Both the position numbers and the translations under genes were made by a program. This document shows positions 27,360 through 41,729 of a DNA stretch of 64,000 bases, piece after piece. The stretch's first letter is position 1, and the number at the start of each line of letters is the position of its first letter. Under the pieces are notes generated by a model. That model ran no database searches, was not told the DNA's origin, and saw nothing but the letters and a program-made list of their open reading frames with translations. This DNA is from Paramecium tetraurelia (lineage: Eukaryota): NCBI GenBank assembly GCA_000165425.1, contig CT868429.1, forward strand, positions 124,001 through 188,000, written 5' to 3'.

Positions 27360-28207
27360 TCATTTAGTAGTTTTATCATCATCTTCAAGATATTCATTAT
27401 TTTTATTTGCTAAATTATTAATAAAAATTTACTTTCAAGGATATATTAAACAAGTAATTCATTTTTTTTAATCAAATCGATTGCTTTTTCATATGATTTT
27501 CCAGTTACATTTAATAATTTGACTGCGTCTTCATCACTCGAATTTGGAAAATTAATCAACAAGAGTTCTCTTAATTTTTACACTATCTCATATTAAAAAT
27601 AAATCTTACGTTCATCTTCATTTTTAGTGTAAACTTTTATTAATTGTGTTTTAACACTTGACTAATTAAATTTATATTGTTATCTGTATTTACCAATCTA
27701 GATCTATTTTATTATGCTTAGATTTGAGCTTTTAGGTTATCTTTATGGTTTGAGTATTTTCTTTTTTAACTTAAGTGATTATAGGTTTTCGTTTTTATTT
27801 TATATTTTTGATTTTTGATATTTTAAACATTTTTAGACTTTGTTTTATAATAAAGGCGAATCACTCGATTCGTTATCATATAATTTTCCTTATAATTGTA
27901 ATTAATCGAGGTTCAAAAGCTTCTACTATCCTTTGTTAATTTGTAAAACTGGAGTGACCTTTTAAATTTATTCCTTTGGCTTCACAATGGGTTATTCATC
28001 ATCACTGTAAATTGTGATAGCTTCAATTTATGGCTTATTGCTTTGAAATTCTTCATTAACATAAGGGTTTAAATGTCTTTAAAAGTAATATTATAGATAT
28101 TATGAATATTATGGATGCAAATATAGTTAGTAATGCTATAGAGGATGAAAGTAAGCAAAATTGTTTATACCATTAGTATTTTAGTTTTGATAGTTGCAAG
28201 GATTCAT
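27360..28207 (-). CDS. Hypothetical protein, ELM2-like C-terminal region
   Basis: IQIGKYRQQ...SDEDAVKLLNVTGKSYEKAIDLI; intron near 27410-27432. Confidence 0.55.
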
Positions 28208-28449
28208 TTTGTTTTCTATATTTAATATTGTTTAATTATGTAATAAAAATCTGATTTAAATCGAAAAAGTTGGAAAATTAGTATTTATAGAAAGGGAAGT
28301 AGGACGATAAAATGAGGATTAAAACTTCTCAAATTTTCAAAGAAATAATATAATTCAGCAAAAAAGAGAACTAAATTTGGATTCCAAATATATATTTTTA
28401 TATATAATATTCATATTATCATATTTTCCTATGTAATTTGAATAATGAT

Positions 28450-29282
28450 TAAATATCATATAAAACTTTAATTTTATTTATTTTATTTTTCATCATATTT
28501 TATTAGTAAATTTACACTTGTCAAGAGTGAATAACACAATTCTTAAATTTATTTTTTAGTTTTAAAATCAGGGTTTGAATATGTTCTTTATTGCTTATCA
28601 GACCATATCTGTTAAATATGTATTATCTTACAATCTTCAAGTTAATTTTAATTTTCAAGATCTTACTCTTTCTACTTCAACATTAAACCTTTAATAATTC
28701 AATGATAAATCTGTTAATACCTAATTCTAATCCATTTTTATGCTTGAAACTCTTTGAACAGATTTTTATTTCGTTTTTTTTCATAATTTGTTATTCATTC
28801 AAGGTAGATGTTGCAAGAATAATTATCTTTACTCTTAAAAGTTACAACTATTTTACATTTAATAATTCCAAATATTCTTCTAATGACTCCTATATGATTT
28901 CTTTTTTATCTTTAACTCAAAATTCCACTTAAATACCTTTTCATTTAAATTTCAGTATTCTAATTTTCAAAATAGAATTATTTTCACAAACTATTAACAA
29001 TCTTAACTACATAATTTCTAACTAATAATCTTTGCTTTTAGATTGCTTATAACCCTGTTCATTTTCAATTAAATGATTTATGATTCCTTCTAAATACCTT
29101 CTAAGTATCTCCTAAATAAACTAGAAATAAGTTAGTCTCCATTCTCTATTAATCAAAATATATAATAGGTGTTCTTAATCTTGCACCTAAAAAGATAATA
29201 TATGATCCTGTATGATATCAATGGATTCATCCTCATTTAGCACTCTAATAATTAATTTTCCTTTTTTCAAACGGTAATCCAT
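28450..29282 (-). CDS. Hypothetical protein (3' end uncertain)
   Basis: MDYRLKKGKLIIRVLNEDESIDIIQDHIL... open in code 6. Confidence 0.5.
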
Positions 29283-29561
29283 TAGAATAAAATATATTTG
29301 ATATAGATTAAGTAGTAGTAATCTTTTAGATTCTATATGCGATTTATAAAGAATAATATGGAGCATGATTTATTCTGATGGATTGTAAAATGAAAGAGCA
29401 TTAAAATTAATGGAAATCTGGAATCTTTTAGAGATCAGAAAGGGATTTACAATGTCATTTTAATGATTTCCAAGGTTAGTTGAATCTATTAACCACTTGG
29501 ATGTATCTTGAAAGTAAAAGAATTCGTACGTAAATGAATATATCAATTCATAAATAAATTA

Positions 29562-30521
29562 ATGAAGAAGACTTCTCACTTGGATGAAATTATTAGTAAA
29601 ATACAGAGACAATCATAAAAAAATTTACACCGCTCGAGTCCAAACCTCTCAATAATGAAAACTAACAACTATCACTATCAATAATTGCATAAAAGATTAA
29701 TGAGTTCTGTGTGTTAAGAAATATATTCGCCAACTTAGAATAGTGTGGTCACTACTTTAAAAGAGAAATTAGGGAAGCGTATCAGATAATATAATACTTG
29801 TGAGGATGCTTCTAGCTTCTAGGATATTAAAAACATGTAAGCATTATACTAGAATAAGTAAAGTGCTTGAATCTTGCTTAACTACTGAATGTGCCAATTG
29901 TAAAGAATTGACATTTACATCATTCCTTCGCATTCTTGATCGCATGGAACAATTAGAGTAGCCATTCAAAATAGTTCTTTTCGCCGAACTGAAAAAAACT
30001 TTCTTACTGTTGGCAAACAAAATACAATCTGACATCGATATTCTCTCCTAACATATTCTAAATCTTAATTCAGACATGGAAATTAAAAATAAGGAAATAT
30101 TGTTGTTGAAGACTTCTCTGTAATAGTCTCAGAAATCAAGAAATGAAGATTTCCAGCAAATTGTAAATACATTGAGATAAAAAAAGAAAGATTAAAATAA
30201 AATCAATACTAATCTTAAACCATTCACTCATCAAGATAATGTAGAAACATGCAAATTGAAACATGATATAAATGAGCCTGTTGATGAAGAGTAATTGAAA
30301 TTCAGTTCAGAAGAAGATTCATTTCCTTTTGGTAATTTTATCAGTTATCTTTAGTCGATCCTTCCACCTTGAATTAACCTATATACAAAAACGGCATATC
30401 ATTAAATCTTAATCCAGTCAAAAAAAAAGCACCTCGAGGGTACTAAGATGAATTTATGGCTTAAATGAATGAATTTAGTGAAAGTTGGAGATAACAAGCC
30501 TTAGTGGAAAAAAGGTTTTGA
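29562..30521 (+). CDS. Hypothetical coiled-coil protein
   Basis: Open frame with 2 introns; C-terminus YQDEFMAQMNEFSESWRQQALVEKRF. Confidence 0.7.
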
Positions 30522-30954
30522 TGCTTTTTAATATTTTAAGTATATATTAGTTTAGTAAATATAAATGTACTCTATTAATCTATGTCATTATATTTTAATT
30601 TTATTCTTTTATTACTTTATATATTTTTTTTTATTATAAGCAGATGACTCTATGTTGAGCGAATATAAAACCTAATATTTTTTGGTCATATTATTAGGAA
30701 TGTATATTCAAATTTAGTCTAATGTAGATTGTCTCAAATATTCGAAGGGAATCTCTGATAACTAAAAGTTATTTATAGTATCACTTTAGAAGTTATTTTA
30801 ATTGTAGATAAAATAATGGAGCTATCATTAAAATTTGACTTTTTATATTAAGTTTCTTAAGATTATTTATAGATTATCCTGGATTTTAAATTGATACATA
30901 TTAATTGTCAAGCTATGTTTATTTTGAGGATTTTAATAATTTATTATTTTATAA

Positions 30955-32538
30955 ATGAAATCTCTAGAATCAAACCTAATTTGCATTGATAAAGATTGTA
31001 AATTCAATAGAGTTATAACAAATTGGAATGAGTTATAGAATCATTTTCAATATCAACACAAAGTTTATACTTAAGAAAAGTTCGAGAAGAAAGTTAATAT
31101 CAAGTTGAAAGAAAACAACCAGAAGCTTAAAGTGTCAATAGAGTAAAATATATCTGAGTATATTGCAAAAGAAGAGTAATCAATTAACTAAAGAATTAAG
31201 TCTCTATTTTAACTTTTTTAAAATCATTCAATAATTGAATTTGTACATTTGCAAGAGTAAATTATAAATAATGAGTAAATAGAAAGCTTATCTTCTAACA
31301 ATTAAAATGACAGGAATCTCAAAAAGTATATAGAAATATATTATAATCAATCTGGATAATCTAACTAATCTTTAGTTAATACATTTTTAGAAGGAGTTAA
31401 ATATAAATTGAATACAATTACCGATGAAATATTGAATTTTATTGATAAGTTAGAGCTAAACCATAAATAAGAAAGTTAATATTCTTACAATGATGCCCGA
31501 AAACCATAGTAAGAGGACTTTTTTTACTAAAACAATATGTAATTTAATTTCAACTCTAATTAAACATATCAAAATTAATACGATTACAAATACGTACAAT
31601 AACAAGAGAATACAGATATGCATTAATTTCAATAAGAAGATCCATAAAATAAACCCTTAAGATGGTATAAAGGCCCCTCAAACTAATAATAAAGACCATA
31701 ATTATATGCTTGGGAATAATCATAGAAAGACTACCAATAAGGATTATAATTATAATAAGAATAATAATAAAAACTTGAGTAAATTTACAATACTAAAACC
31801 GAAGCCATTAATGATAATTAAGATAGAATTTAATTTTTATTTCCATCTGAAACTACTTAAATTAAATAAAGTAATCCTCAGAAGATAAAAGTAATTGATA
31901 CTTAAGATTTAAACTAAGAGAAACAAGATAGGCCAAATGTTGTTGAGTTATCTCAAAATAAGGTGAAAGAAATATAGGTTGATCAATCATCTCAAAGAAC
32001 AAAAATGGTGGGCAAGAAGTTTGATATAACAAACTCTGATAAACACTTAAAATATTCATAGAGGTTCACATAATTCTCATGTATTTAATAAGGAGTAGCC
32101 TTGGTAGAAGGTGCTTTTACATTAAATGATAATGCAAAGGTCAAATTTAGATTTTCAGAACCATTTGAGAAAATTCTTGTAAAAATAATTATTATATAAA
32201 AAGACAGCCTCAATTGGAATGTAAAACGTTGATGATTAGGGTAAAAAACTAGGAACCTACAATCTCTATTTGGAGTAATCTGGAAGTATGAGTATATTTA
32301 ATGTATTAGTGTTGTATAAAAATGAAAAAGCAAGGCAAGGATCATTGAAAATAGAATTAAACTAGGAGTACATCTTGTAATACAGGGCTGAGAAAAGACT
32401 GTTGTCATTCAGAAAATAAGAACTTTCAGTAAATTATATTTTTCCCATTAGGAATACCTTCACATTGAGGGAAGTACCTCTGGAAGCTTTAAATTTTATG
32501 TTAAGTTATATGGATTGAAAGTTTCGATAATTAAATGA
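30955..32538 (+). CDS. Hypothetical protein (Cys N-terminus, Q-rich middle, beta-rich C-terminus)
   Basis: MKSLESNLICIDKDCKFNRVI...; Q/Y-rich stretch ~31500-31780; 3' exon structure uncertain. Confidence 0.55.
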
Positions 32539-32993
32539 ATATGAAAACCAGTATTAATACCAATATTTTAATGAATAATTTAAATGCAATTTTCTTAATT
32601 TTCTGAAAATATGTTTAAGATAATTTTAAATTAAGTTTAAATGATCAAGATTTCAATTAGAAATCAATAATCTTTCAATTTAAATTTATTCCCATTTTTT
32701 TAATGACTTTAAAATATAACAATTTGACTATCTAATAAAATATTAGAAATTGGAGAATTTTCAGCAGAAAATATTTTTAATAAATTTAATTAATAAATTA
32801 TCCTCATGATTATAATATATTGAATTAAGTTCATTATTCATAATGTTTTTGAATATTCACATCTTCCATTAGTTTCTTGAAAAGCAAGTAGCAATTTGTA
32901 TTAGGTATTAGATTTTCATTCTTTTTTAAGGTTGTTATAAAAGATTGAAAGCTTTGAGTGAATTTTTTTTCATATATATAATTAAAATACAAA

Positions 32994-34220
32994 ATGGGAA
33001 CTTGTTGTACAAATACTACACAGGAAAGGGAATCCTTTACTGCAATAACAGCTCCCATCTACATAAATAATGAAAATTTGGAGATTGGAGTGCAAACTAA
33101 AATAAAAGAATCGAATGAAACTCCAAGTTCACCAATCAGATCTGAGAAAATCGATGTATGGCTTAGCATTCAAATCTAGCACAGGAAGAGAATTATGGAA
33201 GCATTAAGAGTTATAGAGGAGTGCTGATTAATAATGCTAATGTATATATGCATTCTTTAATAGGATAGATTTTTGATGAATAAACTTCACTTGCTATAAA
33301 GATATTTAACTCATTAGGTAATTATTCTGGTCAATTTAAGGTCCGTTTCCATTTCCAATTAGTAAAGATCAAACACTTACTTATGTTGGTCCAGTTTAAA
33401 TTGATGACGGGTATATATTACATAGTAATAAGAATGATTTACGAAGGATAGTGGCAGGATAGCAGGAGGCATGGTTTTGGAAAATAACTCAATTCCTTTG
33501 GATCAATATATGAGGGGGAATGGAGCAATGATTAATAGCATGGATACGGAAGAATGGTCTTACCTAATGGGGATTAGTACTCTTTCAGTCTAAATATTAG
33601 TTACGAAGGACAATGGATAAATGATAAGGCTTGGGGAGTTGGAAAGTACGTCATGATTGACGGAACAACTTATAATGGCGATTGGGTTGATGACAAACAA
33701 CATGGAGTAATAAATTACATGATATTGAGAGAGGAATTGAATAATGGAATAATGGACAAAGGTATGAGGGCACTTATTAAAATGGTTAAAAAACAGGTCA
33801 GGGTATTTTTGAATGGCCTGATGGTTCTAAATATGAAGGTGAATTACTTGATGGTATGCCTCATGGAAATGGAGAATATAGCTGGAAGGATGGGAAGAAA
33901 GTAAGTTTCATACTCATTCATAGTATAATGGAGAATGGATGTTGAATCAAATGAATGGCTAGGGAGTTTATACATGGCCTGATGGAAAGACCTACAAAGG
34001 AAATGTATGTAAATTATCTTAGTTCTAGTTTGAAAGGGATGAAAGAAGTGGGTATGGAGAATTAGATTGGTCTGATGGAAGAATTTATAAAGGGAAATGG
34101 AAAAATGGAAAGTAACATGGGGAAGGGATGTTTACATATAATAACAAAGTGAGAAAAGGGGTTTGGTAGAATGGATAACCAATCAGATGGGGTCAGAGTG
34201 AAAATTTATCATTATAATGA
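32994..34220 (+). CDS. MORN-repeat protein with N-terminal MGxCC acylation motif
   Basis: About 9 YEGxWxxxxxHGxG repeats; MGTCC start; many tiny introns. Confidence 0.9.
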
Positions 34221-34459
34221 AAAACTCAGTGGTTTTAAATTGATTTATTCTCCATATAGACATTATTATATAATTTAAATATTTATAAGATAATAATCTC
34301 TTTTCAGATTTGGTATAAAGATGATTGTAAATCATTTATTAGGAATCCCTTTAAGATTACTATGGGATTATAGTTAAGATTTTGTGTAAAACCTAATGGT
34401 AAAAATTTATAAAGAATAGCTGAATTGAAATATATCAAATTAACAATTATGATTATTTA

Positions 34460-35615
34460 TCATTAATCATCATCTGTGTATAAAGCTAATCTTGAGTTAG
34501 TAAATTTCATAGCATACAACCAGTAAGATAAATGTTAAGTAACATAAACAGCATTTTTTAACTTTTCATCTGGACTACCAAATATTCTAAATGATTTTTC
34601 TATGTTCCCTAATTTAGGGAAGTTCAATGGTAAAAATGACAAAATAAATTCATTTGTTATTAATAAAATGTGTTCACCATTTTATTCTTCGCAATATGCA
34701 TTCAAATTTTAGTCTTGATACTAAATGTATCCATACCTTGTTTGACTAGTGATTAAGGCTTTTTATCAGTATCTCCTTGCTGATATTATTCTTATTCATA
34801 ATTTTAGAGGGCCTGATAACCCGCTTCATTAAGTGCGATTGAGAATAGAACAATAAATGTAGCCATCTTGATCAAAAACATAATCTTACTTCCTTGTAAG
34901 CATCTTCATTCAATAATGGGCCAATCGCCACAAGAAAATAGGCTAAGATTTTATTTATTTAAGTTTTCTTAATGTTTTTGTCCTTATCAATTTCCTCTTT
35001 CATAAGAGGATCCTGATCTGGATTTTTTACCTATTTGAAATTATACCGCAATTTTTTACTCTTTCATTTGTGATGTCCTTAATATTGTTATAAATGGGCT
35101 AATAATCCTGAGAGTTGCTAAAATAATCCTTGGGGAAGCAAGTCAACAAATAGCCTTATTTTTCTTCTTCTTTTTCATACTTCATGCCCTTGAAATTTCA
35201 TAATGCAGTCTTACAGATCTGAAATTGCCAATGCTATCTAAAAAGAGAAGGACTTATTCAATGGTTTCATCTGGCTCATTGTTGCTAATTGATCTTTCAT
35301 CATCTGATTTTCCTTCCTTCAAGTCATTTTCATCTAACTTGAATTAATAAAGTCATTCGTACTCGCTTGGGTCTGCCCCTATTTGCTTTCGGATTCATAT
35401 TATTAGGTTGAGTGGTCCCTTGAGGTGGGCTTCCTTGATGTTTTTGCCTCCGTATATAAGTTGCGATACTTCAAATGCGTGTATAATGCGGGATAACTTA
35501 AATAGCTCTTCCCACACCCACAGGTATAATCCCTACTACTTTGATCATTCCTTCTCCTCCTTGCTCTCGCTTATACTGAAGCATCGTCTTTGTTAATCGA
35601 ATTGATTGGATCCAT
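34460..35615 (-). CDS. C2H2 zinc-finger protein
   Basis: RARRRRND...YTCGCGKSYLSYPALYTHLK...KH. Confidence 0.8.
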
Positions 35616-35662
35616 ATTAACTTATTGTTATTAATGCATTCATATTTATAAATAATTGCTTA

Positions 35663-36563
35663 ATGAACAACAGACCTAAGCAATATCAAGTTTAAGAAAC
35701 AGTCGATGATTTGGTCTATTCTCAATACACTGGCTAATCGTTGGCATAGATTCGTCCAAGCGATCAGATAAAATCGATGTTGTAACCTTGCTTTTAGAAT
35801 TCGAACAAAAATTAAACAGAACAAGATGAATATACTGATTCATTAAATTAGTACAGCAAGGCCAAAGCATTTAACCAACAGCAAGAAAATCAATTGTTGA
35901 AGTAAGTTTAACACCTAAACGAAAAATTACTCCAACAACAATAGGAGTTTTTCAAGAAGGAAATGCAATTTCAAGATCTCCTCATGTAAGTCTAATAGGA
36001 GCATGAAAAGTTGATGAAGATGGCAAAATAAAAATATGATATCGCTATTGAAGGGCTAAAGAAATAGTTAAAATAAAAAGATGATATAATTTATGATCTT
36101 AATATTAAATTAAGAGTCCAAAAATAGTTAAAACAAAAAAGTGAGAAGAATTTGCTTGGTTTGCATTCCAAAAAATCTTCCTTAGTAACAGCAGATGAAC
36201 TAGATTCAGAGGCAACCTGCACTGTTAGAACTCTCAATATTCCCACTAGATCTTCAACATCTTAACCGTAGAATGATGATTAGCTATTGAGTTTGTATAG
36301 AAATGAAATAGATAAATTGAAATATTAGACATTTGAATTTGCATAAAAATTTGAAAGTGAAAAAAGAACAATTAAAGATGAGATTTGTTTATTGAAAAAT
36401 TAAAAATTACTACTATAAACTTTGTTATCTTCCAAACAATCTCCATAATCAGATCGGAAATTGGCAAAATCAGAAGGGAAAACCTTTAGCAAACAACGAA
36501 AGCATCATAACTCATCTACTTCAATGCCAAAAAGTTCTAGTAGGTAATAACTTAATGTTTGAT
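35663..36563 (+). CDS. Hypothetical coiled-coil protein
   Basis: MNNRPKQYQVQETVDD... with tiny introns, ends LNV-TGA. Confidence 0.6.
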
Positions 36564-36690
36564 TAATTATTATTATAGAATATTATCTTATTACTCAATT
36601 ATCATAAATGAAGAATAAAATCACCTTATACAAGAAATCTATAAATATTAGCATATGATTGTAATAATTGATGTGTATATTTTATTAATA

Positions 36691-37808
36691 TCAAACCTTG
36701 ATGTTTGAGAAATCAACACTTTAAACGAGTGATAAAGCTTATTCACTGACTCCTAATTCTCTGGTGAATTCATTCTTGGTATTGGTGTAGATATCAGTTT
36801 CTTGAGAATAGTGGGTTGCTAATTCTAATTCAGCAGTGTATTGCTTTTAATCAGCAGCTCTTTAGTCTCTGAATTCAACCATAGAGTCAATCTTTTCTAA
36901 AAGCTATTTGATATTAAGTACCATTGGTAGCAGTCAAATCTACTGTAGCTCTGTCAATTTTTCTTCCGAAGTTTGAAAATTCTTCATCCAATTTTCAAGG
37001 TAAGCCTCGGGGTCAATGACATCTGGAGCTTCTTAGGCGTTTAAATCATTGATTTAATCAACAACAGCGTTTCTGAACTCATTAAGAGCATCGACAATAG
37101 ATTTCAAGACATCTTGATTTGAAAAGTTTTAATTTGATGCTAAGGTGATGAGAGCTTTGATCATTGGAGCCATTCTGGATCTTGATCTTAATTTATTTTC
37201 AATGTTTTTCAATGTATTTTAGAATCTCTTGATTTACAATAATGATGGATTGGTCAATGAGGAAAGAAGGGCAAGGGCATCGTCAACTGAGGCGGTGGCA
37301 TCATTTAATTCAGCAACTTAGGCTTCGAATGCATCATGCTCTTATTCTCTGACAAGGACTGCTTCATCATAGTTCTTTCTGTTTTCCTCTTAGTATCCAA
37401 TAACGGTATCAATTTTGCTTTAGATTTGATTTCTTCTTGGATAAAGTAAATTATCAAGTGTGTCTTATGTGTTGTTGACGTCTATACATAGATTTTTGAA
37501 ATACCAATAACTGCATCTTGAATGTCTTACTCTAGAGAGACAACAAGTGCATTATGTTCGTTTGTTCTCACTTAGAAATTGAATTCTAATGTTTCCAATT
37601 CCTCCTCTAAGTCATTTATGAGTTCTTCGATAGCATCGATTAACTCTTAAACTGGTCCACCTGCCATTGAGTGTAACTCAACCAAATGAAGTAATGCCTT
37701 TCCGTATGTGCTTTTAGCTAAATCAGCCTAGACTTTAGCCATGTTTCTCTCCTAAACTCGGGCTGTAAAGGCTACAGCAATGAGGGCAATCAAGATTAAG
37801 GATTTCAT
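36691..37808 (-). CDS. Trichocyst matrix protein precursor
   Basis: Signal MKSLILIALIAVAFT; propeptide KSTYGKALLHLVELHSMAGGPVQELIDAIEEL; internal PSLLQ...APMIKALITLA...NF processing region; strongly biased codons; 2 introns. Confidence 0.9.
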
Positions 37809-37865
37809 GATTTTAATATTAATTAAATAAAAACGACTTTATACGATTATCAATTCCCCCCACAA

Positions 37866-38656
37866 TCAATCACTATAAATTTCAGGAGTTTCAGGAGCCA
37901 AACAATCTGAATTCCAACAAGCAACTCTCCTCCTTTGTACTATCTCCAATTTTCGGCAAACCTCTTCATGAAATTATCTCTGTTAACTTATTTCACTTTA
38001 TATATATCTTTATTGTCTATTGTCATTTTCACGCTTCACTCACATAAATAACACTTTATTACCTTATATTTGTGATTGATTCCATCCTTCATGGTTCTCA
38101 TTGTCAATGACGGTCTATTCATTCCAATTGATTTTATCAAATCCTTTGCTGATTCCTAAAATTAGATCAAGTGACTTTATTAATCCAATGATTTCCTGGG
38201 GAAAATTGATGAATGTCTCTTTATGATTTAGGAAGTGTTTTAAGGTTAAATTACAATTTATTGAGAGGTTTATTGTGATTCTTACAGTGACTCTTTTTTC
38301 ACTAGTTCTTCTTTAAATTTTTGAAAACCCTTACGTTTTTCAGAAGAAACTTTGTTTGTTGATTTTATTGATTCCAAATATCCCAAGCATTTTAGCATGT
38401 TCTTCTCTTTACAGAACTTAGTCATATATGAAATGAACTAATTATTTTTACATTCACATTTCTCAATTAATTGGAGAAAGAAGTTATCTGCTTCTATTTA
38501 AAATTCTTTTTTTTGTGTTTACAACAGTAAAAACACTTTAAAGAGATCGTTTTCATATTTGGACTTATAATCTACAAGAAAAGACTCAAAATATTTTTTG
38601 CACTCAAAATATGCTAAAATACATAAAATGCGCAAAAATGTTTGTAACTTGTACAT
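37866..38656 (-). CDS. Hypothetical protein
   Basis: Open code-6 frame ending RRRVACWNSDCLAPETPEIYSD-TGA; 5' exon structure uncertain. Confidence 0.55.
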
Positions 38657-38699
38657 ATCGATCTAAATATATATTGACAAAGTACTAATTCTAAATTCA

Positions 38700-39150
38700 C
38701 AAATGCCCAAGCTTAAAAATAAGAGGGTTCGTTCTTTCTCAATTTACAAGATTTGATATCTTTAAATTCAATTATGTACTTTTCAGATATAATTTGTGGG
38801 AATAACATAAATCCTTCTTAAGATTTCAATTTAGTGGCTAACCCAAAGGATAAAACCTTAAGTTCACTCAAAATATCAATTATGTTAAAAATTCTCTATG
38901 ATCTCTATTAAGTTATTAAATCTACTTATCCATGTTCCTGTCTTCCTCAGCAACTCTATTTAGCTAATCATCAACATATTGTGGGAAGGTTTCCTATAAA
39001 TAATTTTTGTTACACACACTCATTATTTAAATATTTATCTAAACTAATACAATTACAAAAAACTCAAAAATTGCTTAAATTCTGGTAAAAATAATACAGA
39101 CACAACTATATTGACTAATAAAAGCTCATAAATTGATTTTGGATATTTGT
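38700..39150 (-). pseudogene. Decayed gene remnant
   Basis: Protein-like DDQLNRVAEEDRNMDKQI interrupted by TGA stops. Confidence 0.3.
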
Positions 39151-39314
39151 ATTAAGAATATAAACTTCTTTGTCAAAATAATGAACTAATTTTTATCTGT
39201 CTACATAACATAAATTTGTATTTTTACAATGTAATATTCAATAAATATGAATGATTTCATCTAATTCTATTTTGTATAATTATAATTAGAAATTATTAAA
39301 AAGAAAACTAAATT

Positions 39315-41689
39315 ATGCTACACGACTTATTATTTTCTTTATTAGGTAAACCAGGCTCATTCATCAAATAATTTAATAACTCACCCTTTTATATAGACGA
39401 ATCTTTGAATCTTTTTCAAAACCTGAAATAGTTTAATTGAATCAAATTGTGAATTTGGAATGTCATTATTAGCAAATTGATAATATCTTGTTAAACCAAG
39501 ATGAAAAAAGCAGCTATATTAAAGGAAGGCTCCAACTTTAGGCTTTGGTTTATGGAATTGAAAATAGTTGGAACGATTATAGGAAAACAATATTAATTTT
39601 AGAATAAGAGTACCTGAAAGAAAAAATGTTCATAGTATCATAGTTAAATGTAAGGTTAAAAGCATATTATTAAATTCTATTAAATTTGCATACATCCATA
39701 AATATAATAAAGTAACACAATATGTGCGGGGGATAAATACTTGATTACCTTTATGAAAGAACTCTGACAGGTAATGATAGACTCCCATTAATTTATTAAA
39801 ATATTTTGTTAGCTTGATTTGAGTTTTTTTAATAATTATCCTCTTGGTTGTAGATAGGTTAAATTTTAGACACATTAGATGAGTTCTTAATCTAAAGAAT
39901 TGATGAGATCAATGAAGCTGCTTAGCATGAATATGATTGGGATACTTCATTCACATTAAATATCCAAATGATACCATTACATTTTATTACTTAACAAATG
40001 GCTGATAAAATATTATTCATAGGAAAAGCTGTGAAAGTGTTGAAAGGACAACAAGAATTATTTATTAATGAGCATTAATAGTTGATAAAAGTTTATGATT
40101 CCTTAACCTTTAACCGAATTATTGATTGATTGCAGAAACAGGTGGATGAATAATTAGTTTAATTAATTGTTAATAAACAAGAATTATTTATTCATTTAAA
40201 AATCTTTTATTTATTTATACTCCTTAATAATGGTAATTTTATACAGCAATTCTTATCTGATTCCTAATCAATCCTCCAATTGCCTTAGACATAACAACCT
40301 CATAAGAATTAAACTTTAATCTTCATAAAATGGATTATGATTAAACTGAAAAAATGGAAATGTTTATTTACTATAATGGGTTTGAAGATAAGACATTCTA
40401 ATCTTTAAATAATTTATAGATTAAAAATAATGTTGTTTAAACAATTAATGTTTTGAGAATGGGTCCTACAAGAGGCCCTGAAGATTGGAGTGGAGTTTTC
40501 AGAGATGTGAAATAATCTATAGAAAATCGATTTACATTACAAATAGTTTTTAAATTCAAATAATAATTATCAAAACCATCAGGGTTTATTCAATTCTATA
40601 GGTTCCATAGGATTTAAGTACAAGTTTAGTCCTGTTATTTTGTCAGGATTGAGTGTTTATTAAATTAAAATATGATCAATAAAAAGTTTCTTCCTTATCA
40701 GTGGAATCAAAAATTAAATTTAAAGAAAGAAAGAATTTACAAATGGAAATTTGATAAAATTGATTTTTCTAAAGGAGACTTGCATAGTTTAAAAATAAAT
40801 TATTAAAATGATGAATTATCTTTAATTATAGTTGATACATAAAGTGACACTCAATGCAAAACTAATATACTACCTCCTTTTTAATGGAAAAAAGTAGCAT
40901 TTAAATTTAAAAAATATTTTTAATTAGAAATCAGTCTATGTATTGTAGGCATTAAATAATATGGTTAAATTGTTGATTTATATACATTGAAGATGATAGG
41001 AAGCAACTTTTTAAATGATGTTTCTTGGAGTGGTCATACATTAAAGTATTAAGTAGACTATCCATTGTCTCTGCTTATCACACTTTCTTTATAAGAGAAA
41101 TTCCAATTATTCTTTAGGTATTTATTCCCTATTCGACATGCTTAATTTGAATTATAGTAAGTAGAGATTAAACTCACTAAGAAATTCAAAAAAAAGGATT
41201 GTAATTAAATTAATAACTTCAATATTATTTTAATTGTATTGGGAATGCATACCTAATTGATGCATGTTGTCAATGCTTTTTATCACTATTTTTAAATGGA
41301 TATCATCGCAGTCTAATGAACTAAAAATGATATCAAGAATGCAAAATGAAATCAACTTTGAATTGATAAGAAAAATAATGGATGAATTTGAATAATCTGT
41401 ATCTAATTAACTATTTCTAAATCTGCAACAAATTGTTAAAAATATTTTTCAGATAATCAAATTTGTGCATAAATACATTGAATTAGTTAACAGGATTGAA
41501 ATGTAGCATCACTAATTAATTAATAAAGAATGTTATAACCTTATGGTAGAATTCGATACCTAATTTGTTGCTCTGTTTAAATTGATTTAATTGTTGGCCA
41601 AAAGTGCTAACCAAACCGCATTATTTTAATTGCTTACTAGACTTGACTATAATTCCTATTTTGATAACAAAACAAATGAAAAATTTTGA
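39315..41689 (+). pseudogene. GCP4: Gamma-tubulin complex component 4 (GCP4), disabled copy
   Basis: MLHDLLFSLLGKPGSFI start, ADKILFIGKAV, QLLTRLDYNSYF end; in-frame TGA at ~39815, 40127, 41317 and a frameshift near 40295. Confidence 0.8.
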
Positions 41690-41729
41690 GCTTTATATAG
41701 TTAATATATTTATATTAAAAATAATTAAA

